DNA of 64,000 nucleotides from Escherichia coli (GTDB taxonomy: Bacteria > Pseudomonadota > Gammaproteobacteria > Enterobacterales > Enterobacteriaceae): the NCBI RefSeq assembly GCF_046105845.1, contig NZ_CP151004.1. One strand, given 5' to 3'. Both the position numbers and the translations under genes were made by a program. The notes beneath the pieces were generated by a model. That model was not told the DNA's origin. It saw only the letters and a list, made by a program, of their open reading frames with translations, and made no database searches. Shown piece after piece: positions 1 through 11,115 of the stretch. The stretch's first letter is position 1. The number at the start of each line of letters is the position of its first letter.

Positions 1-153
1 CAATGCTGTTTGGGCAATGGCTGGAACAGAAAGAGATCCCGGATCCCTATCGTAAAAGTCAGGACGCATTTGAACATGTCTACGGTATGTTGGAGCGCGC
101 CAGTCAGGAATGGGCGAAGCGCCTCAGCCGGTAATTTGAGTTTATAAAATACG

Positions 154-2334
154 ATGACAACTAAAAATATGAATACGCCACCAGGCAGCACTCAGGAAAA
201 TGAGATCGATCTGCTTCGTCTGGTCGGCGAGTTATGGGATCACCGTAAGTTTATTATCAGCGTGACCGCGTTGTTCACGCTGATCGCTGTCGCTTACTCG
301 CTGTTAAGCACGCCAATTTATCAGGCAGATACTCTGGTCCAGGTTGAGCAGAAACAGGGCAACGCCATTCTCAGCGGCCTGAGCGATATGATCCCTAACT
401 CATCGCCCGAGTCAGCACCGGAGATCCAACTGCTGCAATCGCGCATGATTCTCGGTAAAACCATTGCTGAACTGAATCTGCGCGACATAGTTGAGCAAAA
501 GTATTTTCCGATTGTGGGTCGCGGCTGGGCGAGATTAACCAAAGAGAAACCAGGTGAGCTGGCGATCAGCTGGATGCACATCCCACAACTGAATGGTCAG
601 GATCAGCAACTGACACTCACGGTTGGGGAAAACGGCCACTATACGCTGGAAGGTGAAGAGTTCACCGTCAATGGTATGGTCGGTCAGCGTCTGGAAAAAG
701 ATGGCGTTGCGCTGACTATCGCGGACATTAAGGCCAAACCAGGAACACAGTTTGTCCTGAGCCAGCGTACCGAACTGGAAGCGATTAACGCGTTGCAGGA
801 AACCTTTACCGTTAGCGAACGCAGTAAAGAAAGCGGGATGCTGGAACTTACCATGACCGGTGATGATCCCCAGTTGATTACCCGTATTCTGAACAGCATC
901 GCTAACAACTATTTGCAACAGAATATCGCTCGCCAGGCGGCGCAGGATTCACAAAGCCTTGAATTCTTACAGCGCCAGTTGCCTGAAGTGCGCAGCGAGC
1001 TGGACCAGGCGGAAGAAAAACTCAATGTTTATCGCCAGCAGCGCGATTCGGTTGACCTTAACCTGGAAGCCAAAGCCGTTCTTGAGCAGATTGTGAACGT
1101 TGATAATCAACTCAATGAGCTGACTTTCCGCGAGGCAGAGATCTCCCAGCTGTATAAGAAAGATCACCCAACTTATCGTGCGCTGCTGGAAAAACGCCAG
1201 ACGCTGGAGCAAGAACGCAAACGCCTGAATAAGCGGGTATCGGCAATGCCTTCCACCCAACAGGAAGTGTTGCGTTTAAGTCGTGACGTAGAAGCGGGCC
1301 GTGCGGTATATCTGCAATTACTTAACCGCCAGCAGGAGTTGAGTATTTCGAAATCCAGTGCGATTGGTAACGTGCGGATTATCGACCCGGCAGTCACTCA
1401 GCCGCAGCCAGTGAAACCGAAAAAAGCGTTGAATGTGGTGCTTGGTTTTATTCTTGGCCTGTTTATTTCGGTGGGTGCCGTGCTGGCGCGTGCGATGTTG
1501 CGTCGTGGTGTAGAAGCCCCGGAACAACTGGAAGAGCACGGCATCAGCGTTTATGCCACTATCCCGATGTCCGAGTGGCTGGATAAACGTACCCGTCTGC
1601 GTAAGAAAAATTTATTTTCTAATCAGCAGCGCCATCGTACTAAAAATATCCCCTTCCTGGCGGTGGATAACCCGGCGGATTCTGCTGTGGAAGCCGTACG
1701 TGCGCTACGAACCAGTCTGCACTTCGCTATGATGGAGACAGAGAATAACATTCTGATGATCACCGGTGCGACGCCAGACAGTGGTAAAACGTTCGTCAGT
1801 TCAACTCTGGCAGCGGTGATCGCCCAGTCCGATCAAAAAGTGTTATTTATTGATGCCGACTTACGCCGTGGTTATTCGCATAACCTGTTTACCGTGAGTA
1901 ATGAACATGGCTTGTCGGAATATCTGGCAGGTAAAGATGAGCTCAACAAAGTGATCCAGCATTTTGGCAAAGGAGGCTTTGATGTGATTACTCGCGGTCA
2001 GGTGCCACCTAACCCGTCTGAACTGCTGATGCGCGATCGGATGCGTCAATTACTGGAATGGGCGAACGACCATTACGATCTGGTGATTGTCGATACGCCG
2101 CCGATGCTGGCGGTGAGCGATGCTGCGGTCGTAGGGCGCTCTGTCGGCACCAGCCTGCTGGTTGCGCGTTTTGGCTTGAACACCGCCAAAGAGGTGAGCT
2201 TGTCAATGCAGCGTCTGGAACAGGCTGGCGTCAATATTAAAGGCGCAATCCTCAATGGTGTGATTAAACGCGCCAGCACCGCTTACAGTTACGGCTATAA
2301 CTATTACGGTTATAGTTACTCCGACAAAGAGTAA
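154..2334 (+). CDS. etk: Tyrosine-protein kinase Etk (Wzc-family BY-kinase, cryptic group 4 capsule locus)
   Basis: 726-aa ORF; Walker A GATPDSGKT; C-terminal tyrosine cluster YSYGYNYYGYSYS; recognised as E. coli Etk, same length as K-12. Confidence 0.95.
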   Translation: MTTKNMNTPPGSTQENEIDLLRLVGELWDHRKFIISVTALFTLIAVAYSLLSTPIYQADTLVQVEQKQGNAILSGLSDMIPNSSPESAPEIQLLQSRMILGKTIAELNLRDIVEQKYFPIVGRGWARLTKEKPGELAISWMHIPQLNGQDQQLTLTVGENGHYTLEGEEFTVNGMVGQRLEKDGVALTIADIKAKPGTQFVLSQRTELEAINALQETFTVSERSKESGMLELTMTGDDPQLITRILNSIANNYLQQNIARQAAQDSQSLEFLQRQLPEVRSELDQAEEKLNVYRQQRDSVDLNLEAKAVLEQIVNVDNQLNELTFREAEISQLYKKDHPTYRALLEKRQTLEQERKRLNKRVSAMPSTQQEVLRLSRDVEAGRAVYLQLLNRQQELSISKSSAIGNVRIIDPAVTQPQPVKPKKALNVVLGFILGLFISVGAVLARAMLRRGVEAPEQLEEHGISVYATIPMSEWLDKRTRLRKKNLFSNQQRHRTKNIPFLAVDNPADSAVEAVRALRTSLHFAMMETENNILMITGATPDSGKTFVSSTLAAVIAQSDQKVLFIDADLRRGYSHNLFTVSNEHGLSEYLAGKDELNKVIQHFGKGGFDVITRGQVPPNPSELLMRDRMRQLLEWANDHYDLVIVDTPPMLAVSDAAVVGRSVGTSLLVARFGLNTAKEVSLSMQRLEQAGVNIKGAILNGVIKRASTAYSYGYNYYGYSYSDKE

Positions 2335-2350
2335 AACTGAAGGTAAAGTG

Positions 2351-2384
2351 ACCGGATGCGGCGTGAACGCCTTTTCCGGCCTAC
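2351..2384. repeat. REP (repetitive extragenic palindromic) element
   Basis: ACCGGATGCGGCGTGAACGCCTTTTCCGGCCTAC matches the E. coli REP consensus GCCGGATGCGGCGTGAACGCCTTATCCGGCCTAC; lies between convergent etk and appA. Confidence 0.7.
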
Positions 2385-2417
2385 GCATCAGACAGTTCTT
2401 CGTTTGTCATCAGCTTC

Positions 2418-2449
2418 AGAGCATTCAGGTAACTGAATGCTCTTTTTTA
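2418..2449 (+). terminator. Rho-independent terminator downstream of etk
   Basis: Inverted repeat AGAGCATTCAG-gtaa-CTGAATGCTCT followed by TTTTTT. Confidence 0.65.
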
Positions 2450-2453
2450 TGCA

Positions 2454-3752
2454 TTACAAACTGCACGCCGGTATGCGTGCTTCATTCACGATTTGCGTAA
2501 AACTGGCCAACGAACACATGCCCTGCGCATTTCGCTCTTCACATCCTGCCAGGGTCAGTTTCACCTCTCCGGGCGGCGTATTTAATGATAGCGGCGTTTT
2601 ATCACGCATCTGCTGTAAAGTCTGGAAGACCAGCGAAACCTGAATCCAATGGCTGTTATCGCTTAGCCTACGCCAGCGTTCAAACACCAGTTCACCCCCT
2701 GGCGGTGTGTTATCCGGCTGACCTGGAAGCGTCCAGTTGAGCTCCAGTGCGCCGCCGAGATTTGCCAGATTAGTATCGTGTCCGGCGATAAACAGCACTG
2801 AAGTGGGTAATGTCACACCATACGCCTGTTTTTGCGGTGGATGGGGCGTCAACGCTGTCATGATCAAATCCAACAACGGGGTGGCGCGGCTGCGGGCAAC
2901 CTCTGGCGTGCGTTGTAGTAAATAAAATTGCGCGTTATGCAAACTTAGCAACGTGTTCCACTGGTGTGAATCAGTGATCCTTCCCCACCCCGGCTCCGGC
3001 ATTCCCTGTGCTTGTTGCAGGAGAAATATTTCCGTCAGCATTGATGCGAGGCTTACCGCACCGGTTAATGAGACATTGTCGGCGCTCACCTTGAGTTCCG
3101 ATGGTAATGCCTGCGTTAATGAACAGCTTTCGTCCTGTTTCTCACGGTTAAGGCACAAGTTTGATTGTGGAAAATTAAGCACCTGTTCCAGTTCGCGAAA
3201 CGCCGTTTGTCGATGCCCGGTAAAGTCAGCAATTGACCCTCCTGCCCTGCTGAGGATCGCGTCAGTCACATTCGCGTTATCCAGTTGGCAAACGCCAGTT
3301 TTTAGAGGATTAAATAACGGATCGGGACTGGACGTATCTGCCTGGGTATGTATGGTTATTGCACAGTCAGGTGCCAGCCCGGCGGCGAAGGCTTCGCCTG
3401 TTTTACGGGTACGCTCGTCGACATCAGCAATAATCGCGACCTGACCAGGCTGCGGGCAGCCCTTTTTCGCCAGCAATCCGTCAGCCACCAGACGCTGGCG
3501 TTGGTAATGTCCGAGATAAGCGATTAGCTCACCACCGCGCGGTGTCAGCCACCCCAGTTTTACCGGCCATGTTGGCCATGCGTCTGAGGTGACATCCTGC
3601 ATCAGTTGCGTGGCCTTGGTTGGGGCACGCACACCATGACGACTGACAATCACCACACTTTCCAGCTTCAGCTCCGGCTCACTCTGAGCGAATGCAGATT
3701 GCGGGGTGAACGGAATCAGAAGAGATAAGAATGGGATCAAGATCGCTTTCAT
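2454..3752 (-). CDS. appA: Periplasmic pH 2.5 acid phosphatase / phytase AppA
   Basis: ORF trimmed to MKAILIPFLSLLIPLTPQSAFA signal peptide (432 aa); histidine acid phosphatase motif RHGVRAP; recognised as AppA. Confidence 0.95.
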   Translation of the reverse strand: MKAILIPFLSLLIPFTPQSAFAQSEPELKLESVVIVSRHGVRAPTKATQLMQDVTSDAWPTWPVKLGWLTPRGGELIAYLGHYQRQRLVADGLLAKKGCPQPGQVAIIADVDERTRKTGEAFAAGLAPDCAITIHTQADTSSPDPLFNPLKTGVCQLDNANVTDAILSRAGGSIADFTGHRQTAFRELEQVLNFPQSNLCLNREKQDESCSLTQALPSELKVSADNVSLTGAVSLASMLTEIFLLQQAQGMPEPGWGRITDSHQWNTLLSLHNAQFYLLQRTPEVARSRATPLLDLIMTALTPHPPQKQAYGVTLPTSVLFIAGHDTNLANLGGALELNWTLPGQPDNTPPGGELVFERWRRLSDNSHWIQVSLVFQTLQQMRDKTPLSLNTPPGEVKLTLAGCEERNAQGMCSLASFTQIVNEARIPACSL

Positions 3753-3831
3753 CGATATGTTTCCGCTTTTCATATCCGACATTATTGATTGCCTGATGCG
3801 ACGCTAATGCGCCGCATCAGGCTTACGTTCG

Positions 3832-3924
3832 TTAACTTTTCAGACGCGGGTCCAGCCATACCAACACAAGGGTGGAGAGCGAACACATCAACAAAATGCC
3901 GACGAACCAAAGTAAATACCACAT
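3832..3924 (-). CDS. appX: Small membrane protein AppX (cytochrome bd-II accessory subunit, CydX paralogue)
   Basis: 30-codon ORF MWYLLWFVGILLMCSLSTLVLVWLDPRLKS read from the minus strand between appB and appA; absent from ORF track because below its size cut-off. Confidence 0.8.
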   Translation of the reverse strand: MWYLLWFVGILLMCSLSTLVLVWLDPRLKS

Positions 3925-3936
3925 TGTTCCTGCTCC

Positions 3937-5073
3937 TTAGTACAACTCGTTTTCGTTACGGCGGAGAGTTTCTGTTGTCATGCGCCCCCACATTTTGTAG
4001 TAGCTCCAGAGAGTGTAGAGCAACACAATGGGCAAAAATATCAGCACGATTACCAACATAATGCTCAGCGTCAGCTGACTGGAAGTACTGTCCCACAACG
4101 TCAGGCTGGAGATCGGACTCACGCTTGACGGCATGACAAAGGGGAACAGCGTGATGCCTGCCGTGAAAATCACGCCAAATTGCATCAATGACGCCATCAA
4201 AAATCCCCAACCCGGGCGACCACGATAAATCGCCATCACCGTCAGCAATGGGCAGAAGAACCCCAGCAGCGGGAAGATCCACAAAACGGGCGACTCGACA
4301 AAATTATTCATCCAGGCACCAGGTAGCACTGCCACCAGTTTCATTAACGGATTGGAAGGACCGTTAGCATCCTGGGCGAGCAGTACAAAGCCATCAATAC
4401 CGACCCACAGCCAGTAACCCGCCAGCAAAAAGCAGAGCATCACCAGCAGTGCGGCGCGTTTGGTCGCCAGCTGTGAACGCAGATGAATCGCACCAACAGT
4501 TTTTAGTTGTAACCAGACGCCACCTTGCAAAATCACCATCCCAAGGCTGAGCAATCCGCACAATAAAGGGAATGGCGTCAGCAGTTGCCAAAAGCTGCCG
4601 AGATACTCCACGCGTAATTGCGGTGTAAAGGCAAACGGCACGCCGAGCAACAAGTTGCCGAAGGCGATACCGAAGACTACCGGCGGCACCAGACTGCCGA
4701 TGACCAGACCGGCATCCCACATTTTACGCCAGCGTGCATCGGCAATTTTTCCGCGATAATCAAAGGCCAGCGGGCGAAAGAACAGCGAGCACAGCACCAG
4801 GATCATCGCCACATAAAAGCCGGAAAACGCCGCTGCATACACTCTGGGCCAGGCGGCAAATAATGCCCCACCTGCGAGGATCAACCAGACCTGATTGCCT
4901 TCCCAGTGCGCACCAACACTATTAATCACTATCCGGCGTTCATCATCATCACGCGCCACCAGCGGCAGCAAACAGCCAATCCCCATGTCAAATCCGTCGG
5001 AGATCATAAAGACCACCAGGATCACGCCAATCAGCAGCCACCAGATGAAGCGCAATGTTTCATAATCAAACAT
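3937..5073 (-). CDS. appB: Cytochrome bd-II ubiquinol oxidase subunit II
   Basis: 378-aa polytopic membrane protein; recognised as AppB/CbdB; 11 nt downstream of appC. Confidence 0.95.
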   Translation of the reverse strand: MFDYETLRFIWWLLIGVILVVFMISDGFDMGIGCLLPLVARDDDERRIVINSVGAHWEGNQVWLILAGGALFAAWPRVYAAAFSGFYVAMILVLCSLFFRPLAFDYRGKIADARWRKMWDAGLVIGSLVPPVVFGIAFGNLLLGVPFAFTPQLRVEYLGSFWQLLTPFPLLCGLLSLGMVILQGGVWLQLKTVGAIHLRSQLATKRAALLVMLCFLLAGYWLWVGIDGFVLLAQDANGPSNPLMKLVAVLPGAWMNNFVESPVLWIFPLLGFFCPLLTVMAIYRGRPGWGFLMASLMQFGVIFTAGITLFPFVMPSSVSPISSLTLWDSTSSQLTLSIMLVIVLIFLPIVLLYTLWSYYKMWGRMTTETLRRNENELY

Positions 5074-5084
5074 GATTTTCTCCT

Positions 5085-6629
5085 TTACCCCTGTTGCTGC
5101 GTCGGTTGTTCACTCTGCATCGCGCTCGGCCCCAGACGGGCATATTTCTGCATCAGGTAGACTTCGGCGATTAAGAACAGGGTGTAAAGCCCTACGATCA
5201 TGATCAGTGAGAAAGCCAGTTGTCCTGTGGTTAAGGCGGAGTGCGCGGAGTATGTCGGTAAGATGTCCTGTATCGCCCACGGCTGACGACCAAACTCGGT
5301 CATAAACCACCCGGCTTCAATCGCAATCCACGGCAGCGGCAAACTCCAGAGCGCCATTTTCAGCACCCAGCGATGCTGGTCGATTTTGCCACGCAGCGTC
5401 TGGACAAGCGCAATAAGCATCACCAGTAGCAGCAGAGAACCACAGCCCACCATGATGCGGAAACTCCAGAATACCGGCGCAACCTGAGGTATCGCACCAC
5501 GCATCGCCGCCTGGTACTGTGCAGCTGTGACATGGTTCATATCCGGCGCATAGCGGGAGAGCAACATGCCGTAACCAAGGTCGCCTTCCAGCTCCCGGAA
5601 TGCCTGCAACACATGCGGCTCTCGATTGCCTTGCGATATTTCCTGCATTAACAGCCAGGCCATACGTCCGCGTTGCAAGCGTGGGTAGGTTTCAGCCATC
5701 AAATTCTTCAGACCCGGCACGGGTTTATCTAATGAGTGAGTGGCGAGGATCCCTAGCAGCGCGGGAATTTTGATGGCAAAGGCGTTACGCTCTTGATCCT
5801 GTTCCGGCCAGGCAACCACATGGAACGGTGCAGGTGCAGGTTCCGTTTGCCACTCCCCTTCCATCGCCGCCAGTTTTACCGGTTGTACTTGCGCGACTTC
5901 ATACGCCGAACTGTCTCCGAGTTGCAGCGTACCGATAATCGCCAGAGTACCGAAGACGGAACCGATGGCAAACGAGCGTAATGCAACATCGCGCTCCCGT
6001 CCGCGCAGTAAATACCAGGCGCTGATCGCCATAATAAACATGGCCCCGGTCACGTAGCCCGCCATTACGGTGTGTACAAATTTCACCTGGCTGACCGGGT
6101 TAAAGACCAGCTCGCTGAAGCTGGTCATTTCCATGCGCAGGGTGTCGATATCAAAATGCGCACCGGTCGGGTATTGCATCCAACCGTTGGCATTCAATAT
6201 CCACAACGCAGAGAGATTTGAACCGAACGCCACCAGCCACGTCACCAGCAGGTGCTGGTATTTATTCAGCCGCTGCCAGCCGAAGAAGAACAGCCCGACA
6301 AAGGTGGATTCGAGGAAGAAGGCCATTAATGCTTCCATCGCCAGCGGTGCGCCAAAAATATCGCCCACATAGTTGGAATAGAATGACCAGTTAGTACCAA
6401 ACTGAAACTCCATGGTCAGGCCGGTAGCCACGCCAAGAGCAAAGTTGATACCGAAGAGCTTACCCCAGAAGCGCGTCATATCGCGGTAGATTGTTTTGCC
6501 GGTGACCACGTAAATGGTTTCCATGATAGCCAGCAAAAAAATCAGCCCCAGGGTAAGGGGTACAAATAAAAAGTGATACAGCGCGGTCAGAGCAAACTGC
6601 CAGCGCGATAAATCAATGACATCCCACAT
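5085..6629 (-). CDS. appC: Cytochrome bd-II ubiquinol oxidase subunit I
   Basis: ORF trimmed to [12 protein letters not shown] (514 aa); CydA-family; recognised as AppC/CbdA. Confidence 0.93.
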   Translation of the reverse strand: MWDVIDLSRWQFALTALYHFLFVPLTLGLIFLLAIMETIYVVTGKTIYRDMTRFWGKLFGINFALGVATGLTMEFQFGTNWSFYSNYVGDIFGAPLAMEALMAFFLESTFVGLFFFGWQRLNKYQHLLVTWLVAFGSNLSALWILNANGWMQYPTGAHFDIDTLRMEMTSFSELVFNPVSQVKFVHTVMAGYVTGAMFIMAISAWYLLRGRERDVALRSFAIGSVFGTLAIIGTLQLGDSSAYEVAQVQPVKLAAMEGEWQTEPAPAPFHVVAWPEQDQERNAFAIKIPALLGILATHSLDKPVPGLKNLMAETYPRLQRGRMAWLLMQEISQGNREPHVLQAFRELEGDLGYGMLLSRYAPDMNHVTAAQYQAAMRGAIPQVAPVFWSFRIMVGCGSLLLLVMLIALVQTLRGKIDQHRWVLKMALWSLPLPWIAIEAGWFMTEFGRQPWAIQDILPTYSAHSALTTGQLAFSLIMIVGLYTLFLIAEVYLMQKYARLGPSAMQSEQPTQQQG

Positions 6630-6762
6630 GCGCACTCCTGTAGGCGAAGAGAGAAAAATAACCCGTTAATGGTAGATCTCCCTCTTTATCCTGAAACTCT
6701 ACGACCAGAGGTATTCGCCGATTGCGATATTCATAAGCCTGAAAGCGATACTTACCGTCTTT

Positions 6763-7620
6763 TTACGTCGGTGCACCTTCCGCCAGCCACTGGCATACCT
6801 CGCTAAGCCGCTGCGCAGAGTCGACCAAATCTTCTGGCGCTGCCAGCACCACTTCCGGTATTGGGCAGATTTCATAACTTTCCATTAACGGGCCTTTTAA
6901 GGTGTCCGTACAGCGTAAATGCCAGACATGGCGTAACCCCGTGGCGTTGATATAGCTCTCGCCATAGCCAATGGTACGAATCTGAATATTTCCCGGCCCA
7001 CAGAGACGTGAGAGAAAAAGCCGGTCAGCTTCGCTGATGGGCAATTGCGTCAGATTAATGCTGTGCGGCTGCGCGTCGGGGTTACGTACATGTGCCAGTA
7101 ATTCATGGGCCAACGGTAGGCCATTCATCAGGCCATCAATGGGCGGCGGTAACAGCGAATCTGTCGGCAAGACGTTTTGCGTTGCCGCCTGCCACAATGC
7201 CAGCGGCGCGCAGCCAGCCTCCAGTTTGTCTTCCAGCAACTGTTCGCCGTGACGTCTGCGTACCCGCCATAATCCGCAGAAGATCGCCTCCTGAATTTCA
7301 CTTTCACTACCATCAGCCTGCTGAATGCGCACTGACACTTCCCCTTCCCCGAGAAGCGTATTGATAAAGTGACGATCGTCGGCGTTGAGATTTAACAGAT
7401 CGACTGCCAGTACCTCGCCCAGCGGCGGCTGGCGCTCGCTTAGTTGATGTTGTAACTCGTTTAATAGCGCAATCACCTGCGGGCTGTGAGCACATTGCTC
7501 CAGGGCCGCCATACTCGGTTCATCATTCACCTGACAGGTGATCGGCAGTGGATTCATGCTGAAACTGTCATCGTTCGGTTGCGTTCCTGGCCCCAGCAGA
7601 TGGAAAAAAGTTTCGCTCAT
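6763..7620 (-). CDS. hyaF: Hydrogenase-1 operon protein HyaF (HupH/HypC-like maturation factor)
   Basis: ORF trimmed to [12 protein letters not shown] (285 aa); start overlaps hyaE stop by 4 nt. Confidence 0.9.
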   Translation of the reverse strand: MSETFFHLLGPGTQPNDDSFSMNPLPITCQVNDEPSMAALEQCAHSPQVIALLNELQHQLSERQPPLGEVLAVDLLNLNADDRHFINTLLGEGEVSVRIQQADGSESEIQEAIFCGLWRVRRRHGEQLLEDKLEAGCAPLALWQAATQNVLPTDSLLPPPIDGLMNGLPLAHELLAHVRNPDAQPHSINLTQLPISEADRLFLSRLCGPGNIQIRTIGYGESYINATGLRHVWHLRCTDTLKGPLMESYEICPIPEVVLAAPEDLVDSAQRLSEVCQWLAEGAPT

Positions 7621-8015
7621 GAGGCACGCTCCTGCTGCGGTTCGACAAGCCCGCGCATCAGGTTTATCAGTTCCGCCCACGGGTGAATACCATTCAGCAC
7701 GCCGCGATAGTTTCCGCCGGTAAATACTAATGTGGCGGGAAAGCGAAAGACGCCAAAGCGATCGCCGATGGCTTCGCTTTGCTCAAGGTCAGCAATCGCC
7801 ACCTGCCATGTGTAGTCGGGAAACTCGCGCAGTAATTCGCCAATCATTACCGGATTATCGCTGACCTCTGGCGTGCGTTTCGGGTCACTGCTTAATAACA
7901 CCACGCCGTCTGGCGCTTGCGTAAGCCAGTCGTCAAGACGGGATTCACTGACCGGCGTCCAGCCACGCGCCAGCATTCGTTGCCACAACGCATCAAATGG
8001 CGTGTCGTTGTTCAT
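7617..8015 (-). CDS. hyaE: Hydrogenase-1 operon protein HyaE (Tat-signal chaperone)
   Basis: 132-aa ORF; 4-nt overlap with hyaD and hyaF. Confidence 0.93.
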   Translation of the reverse strand: MNNDTPFDALWQRMLARGWTPVSESRLDDWLTQAPDGVVLLSSDPKRTPEVSDNPVMIGELLREFPDYTWQVAIADLEQSEAIGDRFGVFRFPATLVFTGGNYRGVLNGIHPWAELINLMRGLVEPQQERAS

Positions 8016-8599
8016 CTCTGCTCCTCCAGCGTCATCCGGTACTGGCGCAAGCGAACGCCTTCGTAATTTTCCATCGACAGACAGTCATAATTGAGACAGC
8101 GCGATTCATTAGCCGGTTGCGGCACAATTCCCCACGCAGCCAGCTGCGCCAGCGCCGCCTGTTCCGCGACGGGCAGTTGCTCCCGCGCCAGTTCGCTCAG
8201 GCTGCCGCCGTAGTCGTCGAGCATCGCGGGTTGCAGACCGACGAGGGCAATATGTGCTGGCAGATGTCCGCGGATATCTGCCAGCGCCAGCACTTCGGAG
8301 AAGCTGTTCTGGTGCAGACTCATTTTCTTCGCGCTGAGATAAGCCGGAATGCGTTCTCCGGCATATGTTCGCAGCGTTCCGGGTTCCAGCCCGTAATCAA
8401 TGGCATCGAGGATCAACAAGTGACTGGCGCTTTCGACATACCCCAGCAAGTTCAGTCCCTGAGTACCGCCATCGACAATCTCGACTTCATCGGGCCAGTG
8501 GTAATGGGCATACAACCGTTCCGCCACCCGCACGCCGAAGCCTTCATCGGCCCACAGCAGGTTGCCCAGCCCCATTACCACCACGCGTTGCTCGCTCAT
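8012..8599 (-). CDS. hyaD: Hydrogenase-1 maturation endopeptidase HyaD
   Basis: 195-aa [25 protein letters not shown], HybD/HycI protease family. Confidence 0.95.
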   Translation of the reverse strand: MSEQRVVVMGLGNLLWADEGFGVRVAERLYAHYHWPDEVEIVDGGTQGLNLLGYVESASHLLILDAIDYGLEPGTLRTYAGERIPAYLSAKKMSLHQNSFSEVLALADIRGHLPAHIALVGLQPAMLDDYGGSLSELAREQLPVAEQAALAQLAAWGIVPQPANESRCLNYDCLSMENYEGVRLRQYRMTLEEQR

Positions 8600-9303
8600 G
8601 AACGCTCCTTGTTACTTATTTTGCCAAATTTGTGGCTACGGTAGCCGTTGACCATAGTGGAGATCACCGTGTCGTCGGACATGATGTCTTCACGCAGCGC
8701 CATGTAGACATGACCGATCACAAACGCGCCAATCAGCCACATCCCCAGCCGATGCCAGCTGTGAATGTCCATTGAGTTGCCGCCCGTCCAGTAGAAAAAT
8801 TCCACCACATAACGGAACGGCGCAAAAATAGCGTACTGGCTGTGTTCGCTGTACAGCGCAAAGCCGGTGATGATCATAAAAACTGACATCAGGAAATAGC
8901 CGAACATCGCCGCCTGTGCGATGGGGTTATGGCCTATATCGGCACTCGGACGTTTTGCCAGAAACAGATACCAGCGGATTTCATACCACACGCCCTGCCA
9001 CCAGCTTTTACGCCATACCGGCACGATAAACAGCTCGCGGGAGTAGCGATTGCCGACAAAAGCCCAGTAGATCCGCATCAGCAAGACCACGGTAAAAACC
9101 ATCCCGGCGCTGAAGTGAATCAACCTGATATAGCCCATGTAAAACAGATACGTCGCCTCGCCGCTGACGGAAGGTAGCGGCTTGCCGATAAAGTATCCGG
9201 TGACCATCAACACCGCCATGCATAACACCGTCAGCCAGTGCCAGATACGCACTGGCGCTTCAAAGACATAGTGGCTGACAACGTTGTCGCTTTTCTGTTG
9301 CAT
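8596..9303 (-). CDS. hyaC: Hydrogenase-1 b-type cytochrome subunit HyaC
   Basis: 235-aa membrane protein; recognised as HyaC. Confidence 0.95.
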   Translation of the reverse strand: MQQKSDNVVSHYVFEAPVRIWHWLTVLCMAVLMVTGYFIGKPLPSVSGEATYLFYMGYIRLIHFSAGMVFTVVLLMRIYWAFVGNRYSRELFIVPVWRKSWWQGVWYEIRWYLFLAKRPSADIGHNPIAQAAMFGYFLMSVFMIITGFALYSEHSQYAIFAPFRYVVEFFYWTGGNSMDIHSWHRLGMWLIGAFVIGHVYMALREDIMSDDTVISTMVNGYRSHKFGKISNKERS

Positions 9304-9321
9304 GATGATTCTCCTTCGCTG

Positions 9322-11115
9322 TTAACGCACCTGCACGGAGATAAGCTCGCTACCGTCGTCGCCCAGCACATGTGTTGAACAGGCGAGGCACGGATCAAAG
9401 CTGTGCAGAGTACGCAGGATCTCCAACGGTTGCTCAGGGATCGCCATTTTGGTGTTCATCAGCGCCGCTTCATAAGCGCCAATCTGCCCTTTGGGATCGC
9501 GCGGGCTGGCGTTCCAGGTGGTCGGCACCACGCACTGGTAGAGATCAATCTTGCCATCGCGAATGGCGGCCCAGTGGCCTAACGCCCCGCGCGGCGCTTC
9601 GGTAAAGCCGACACCACGGCACTCTGTCGGCCAGGTTGCAGGTTCCCATTTTTCAGTGGAGGCGGTGGCAAGATTGCCGTTTTTCAGGTTGGTCATCAGC
9701 TTGTCGAAGAAATACTGCAACTTACCTGCGGCCCACTGCGCTTCGTGCGCGCGGCACAAAATGCGGCCCAACGTTGACTGGATGCCGGAAAGTGGCAGGT
9801 TCAACGCCGACATCATGCGATCGACCGACTCAACGGTCGCCGCATCGCCTTTGTGATAAGCGATTAACGTGCGTGCCAGCGGCCCCACTTCCATCGCGTT
9901 ACCGCGCCAGCGTGGCGCTTTGATCCACGAGTAGCGTTCCTGTTCATTCAGCTGCTGAATGTTGGTATCGCTGCCTTTGACATCGCCGGGGTTGTACCAC
10001 GGGTCGGTGATGCCATCGAACGGATGACGCCCAACCTGATCGTTGGGATAACGATACCAGGCGTGATCGACAAACTCCTGCACCTGCTGCGGATCAACCA
10101 AATCCACTGGCAGCACATTGTTGAAGTCGCCGTTAATCACCACGCCGCCAGGCATCAGCAGACTTTTCTCGCCAAAGTCGTTGGCGATATCCGGGAACGC
10201 GCCGTAACTGAGAACGCATTTATCCGAAAGGCCAGTGCCGATTTCGCTCCACGGTTTGTTGAACTGACCAATGGCTAAGGCGTCGGGGATCATCACGTTG
10301 TTAATGAAATCCGCCGTGCGGGTGATAATCGACTGCACCAGGTTCAGGCGTTCCATATTGACCGCCCCGACCGCGCCGCTTTCGTCAATGTTAATGGCGC
10401 AAGGCATCCCGCCGACAATCCAGTTTGGATGCGGGTTTTTACCGCCAAAGACCGCGTGGATTTTGACAATTTCACGCTGGAAATCGAGAGCTTCGAGATA
10501 GTGGGCAAAGCCCATCAGGTTGGCTTCTGGCGGCAGTTTGTACTGCGGGTGCCCCCAGTAGCCATTGCGGAAGATCCCCAACTGCCCACCTTCAACGAAT
10601 TTCTTCAGGCGGTTTTGTACGTCGAAGAAATAGCCAGGGGATGATTTCGGCCAAGAGGAGAGACTTTGCGCCAGTTCGGAGGTTTTCCGCGGATCGGCTT
10701 TCAGCGCATCTAACACATCGATCCAGTCCATCCCGGCAAGCTGATAGAAGTGCACCAGGTGATCGTGGCACCAGAGCGTTGCCAGCATAATGTTACGGAT
10801 GATATTGGCGTTGTCCGGCACTTTAATACCGATGGCATCTTCGATGGCGTAAACTGAAGCCAGGGCATGTACGCCAGTACAGACGCCGCAGATACGTTCA
10901 ACGAACGCCCACGCATCGCGCGGGTCGCGCCCTTGCAGGATGATCTCCAGCCCGCGAAACATGGTGCCGCAGGAGACGGCATTGGTGATCACATTCTGAT
11001 CGTTAATATTCACTTCGCAGCGCATGTGGCCTTCAATGCGCGTAATCGGGTCGACCACCAGGCGGCGTCCGGCATTATTGATGGTGTATCCCTGAGTTTC
11101 GTACTGAGTGCTCAT
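9322..11115 (-). CDS. hyaB: [NiFe] hydrogenase-1 large subunit HyaB
   Basis: 597 aa; N-terminal RICGVC and C-terminal DPCLACSTH Ni-binding motifs. Confidence 0.97.
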   Translation of the reverse strand: MSTQYETQGYTINNAGRRLVVDPITRIEGHMRCEVNINDQNVITNAVSCGTMFRGLEIILQGRDPRDAWAFVERICGVCTGVHALASVYAIEDAIGIKVPDNANIIRNIMLATLWCHDHLVHFYQLAGMDWIDVLDALKADPRKTSELAQSLSSWPKSSPGYFFDVQNRLKKFVEGGQLGIFRNGYWGHPQYKLPPEANLMGFAHYLEALDFQREIVKIHAVFGGKNPHPNWIVGGMPCAINIDESGAVGAVNMERLNLVQSIITRTADFINNVMIPDALAIGQFNKPWSEIGTGLSDKCVLSYGAFPDIANDFGEKSLLMPGGVVINGDFNNVLPVDLVDPQQVQEFVDHAWYRYPNDQVGRHPFDGITDPWYNPGDVKGSDTNIQQLNEQERYSWIKAPRWRGNAMEVGPLARTLIAYHKGDAATVESVDRMMSALNLPLSGIQSTLGRILCRAHEAQWAAGKLQYFFDKLMTNLKNGNLATASTEKWEPATWPTECRGVGFTEAPRGALGHWAAIRDGKIDLYQCVVPTTWNASPRDPKGQIGAYEAALMNTKMAIPEQPLEILRTLHSFDPCLACSTHVLGDDGSELISVQVR

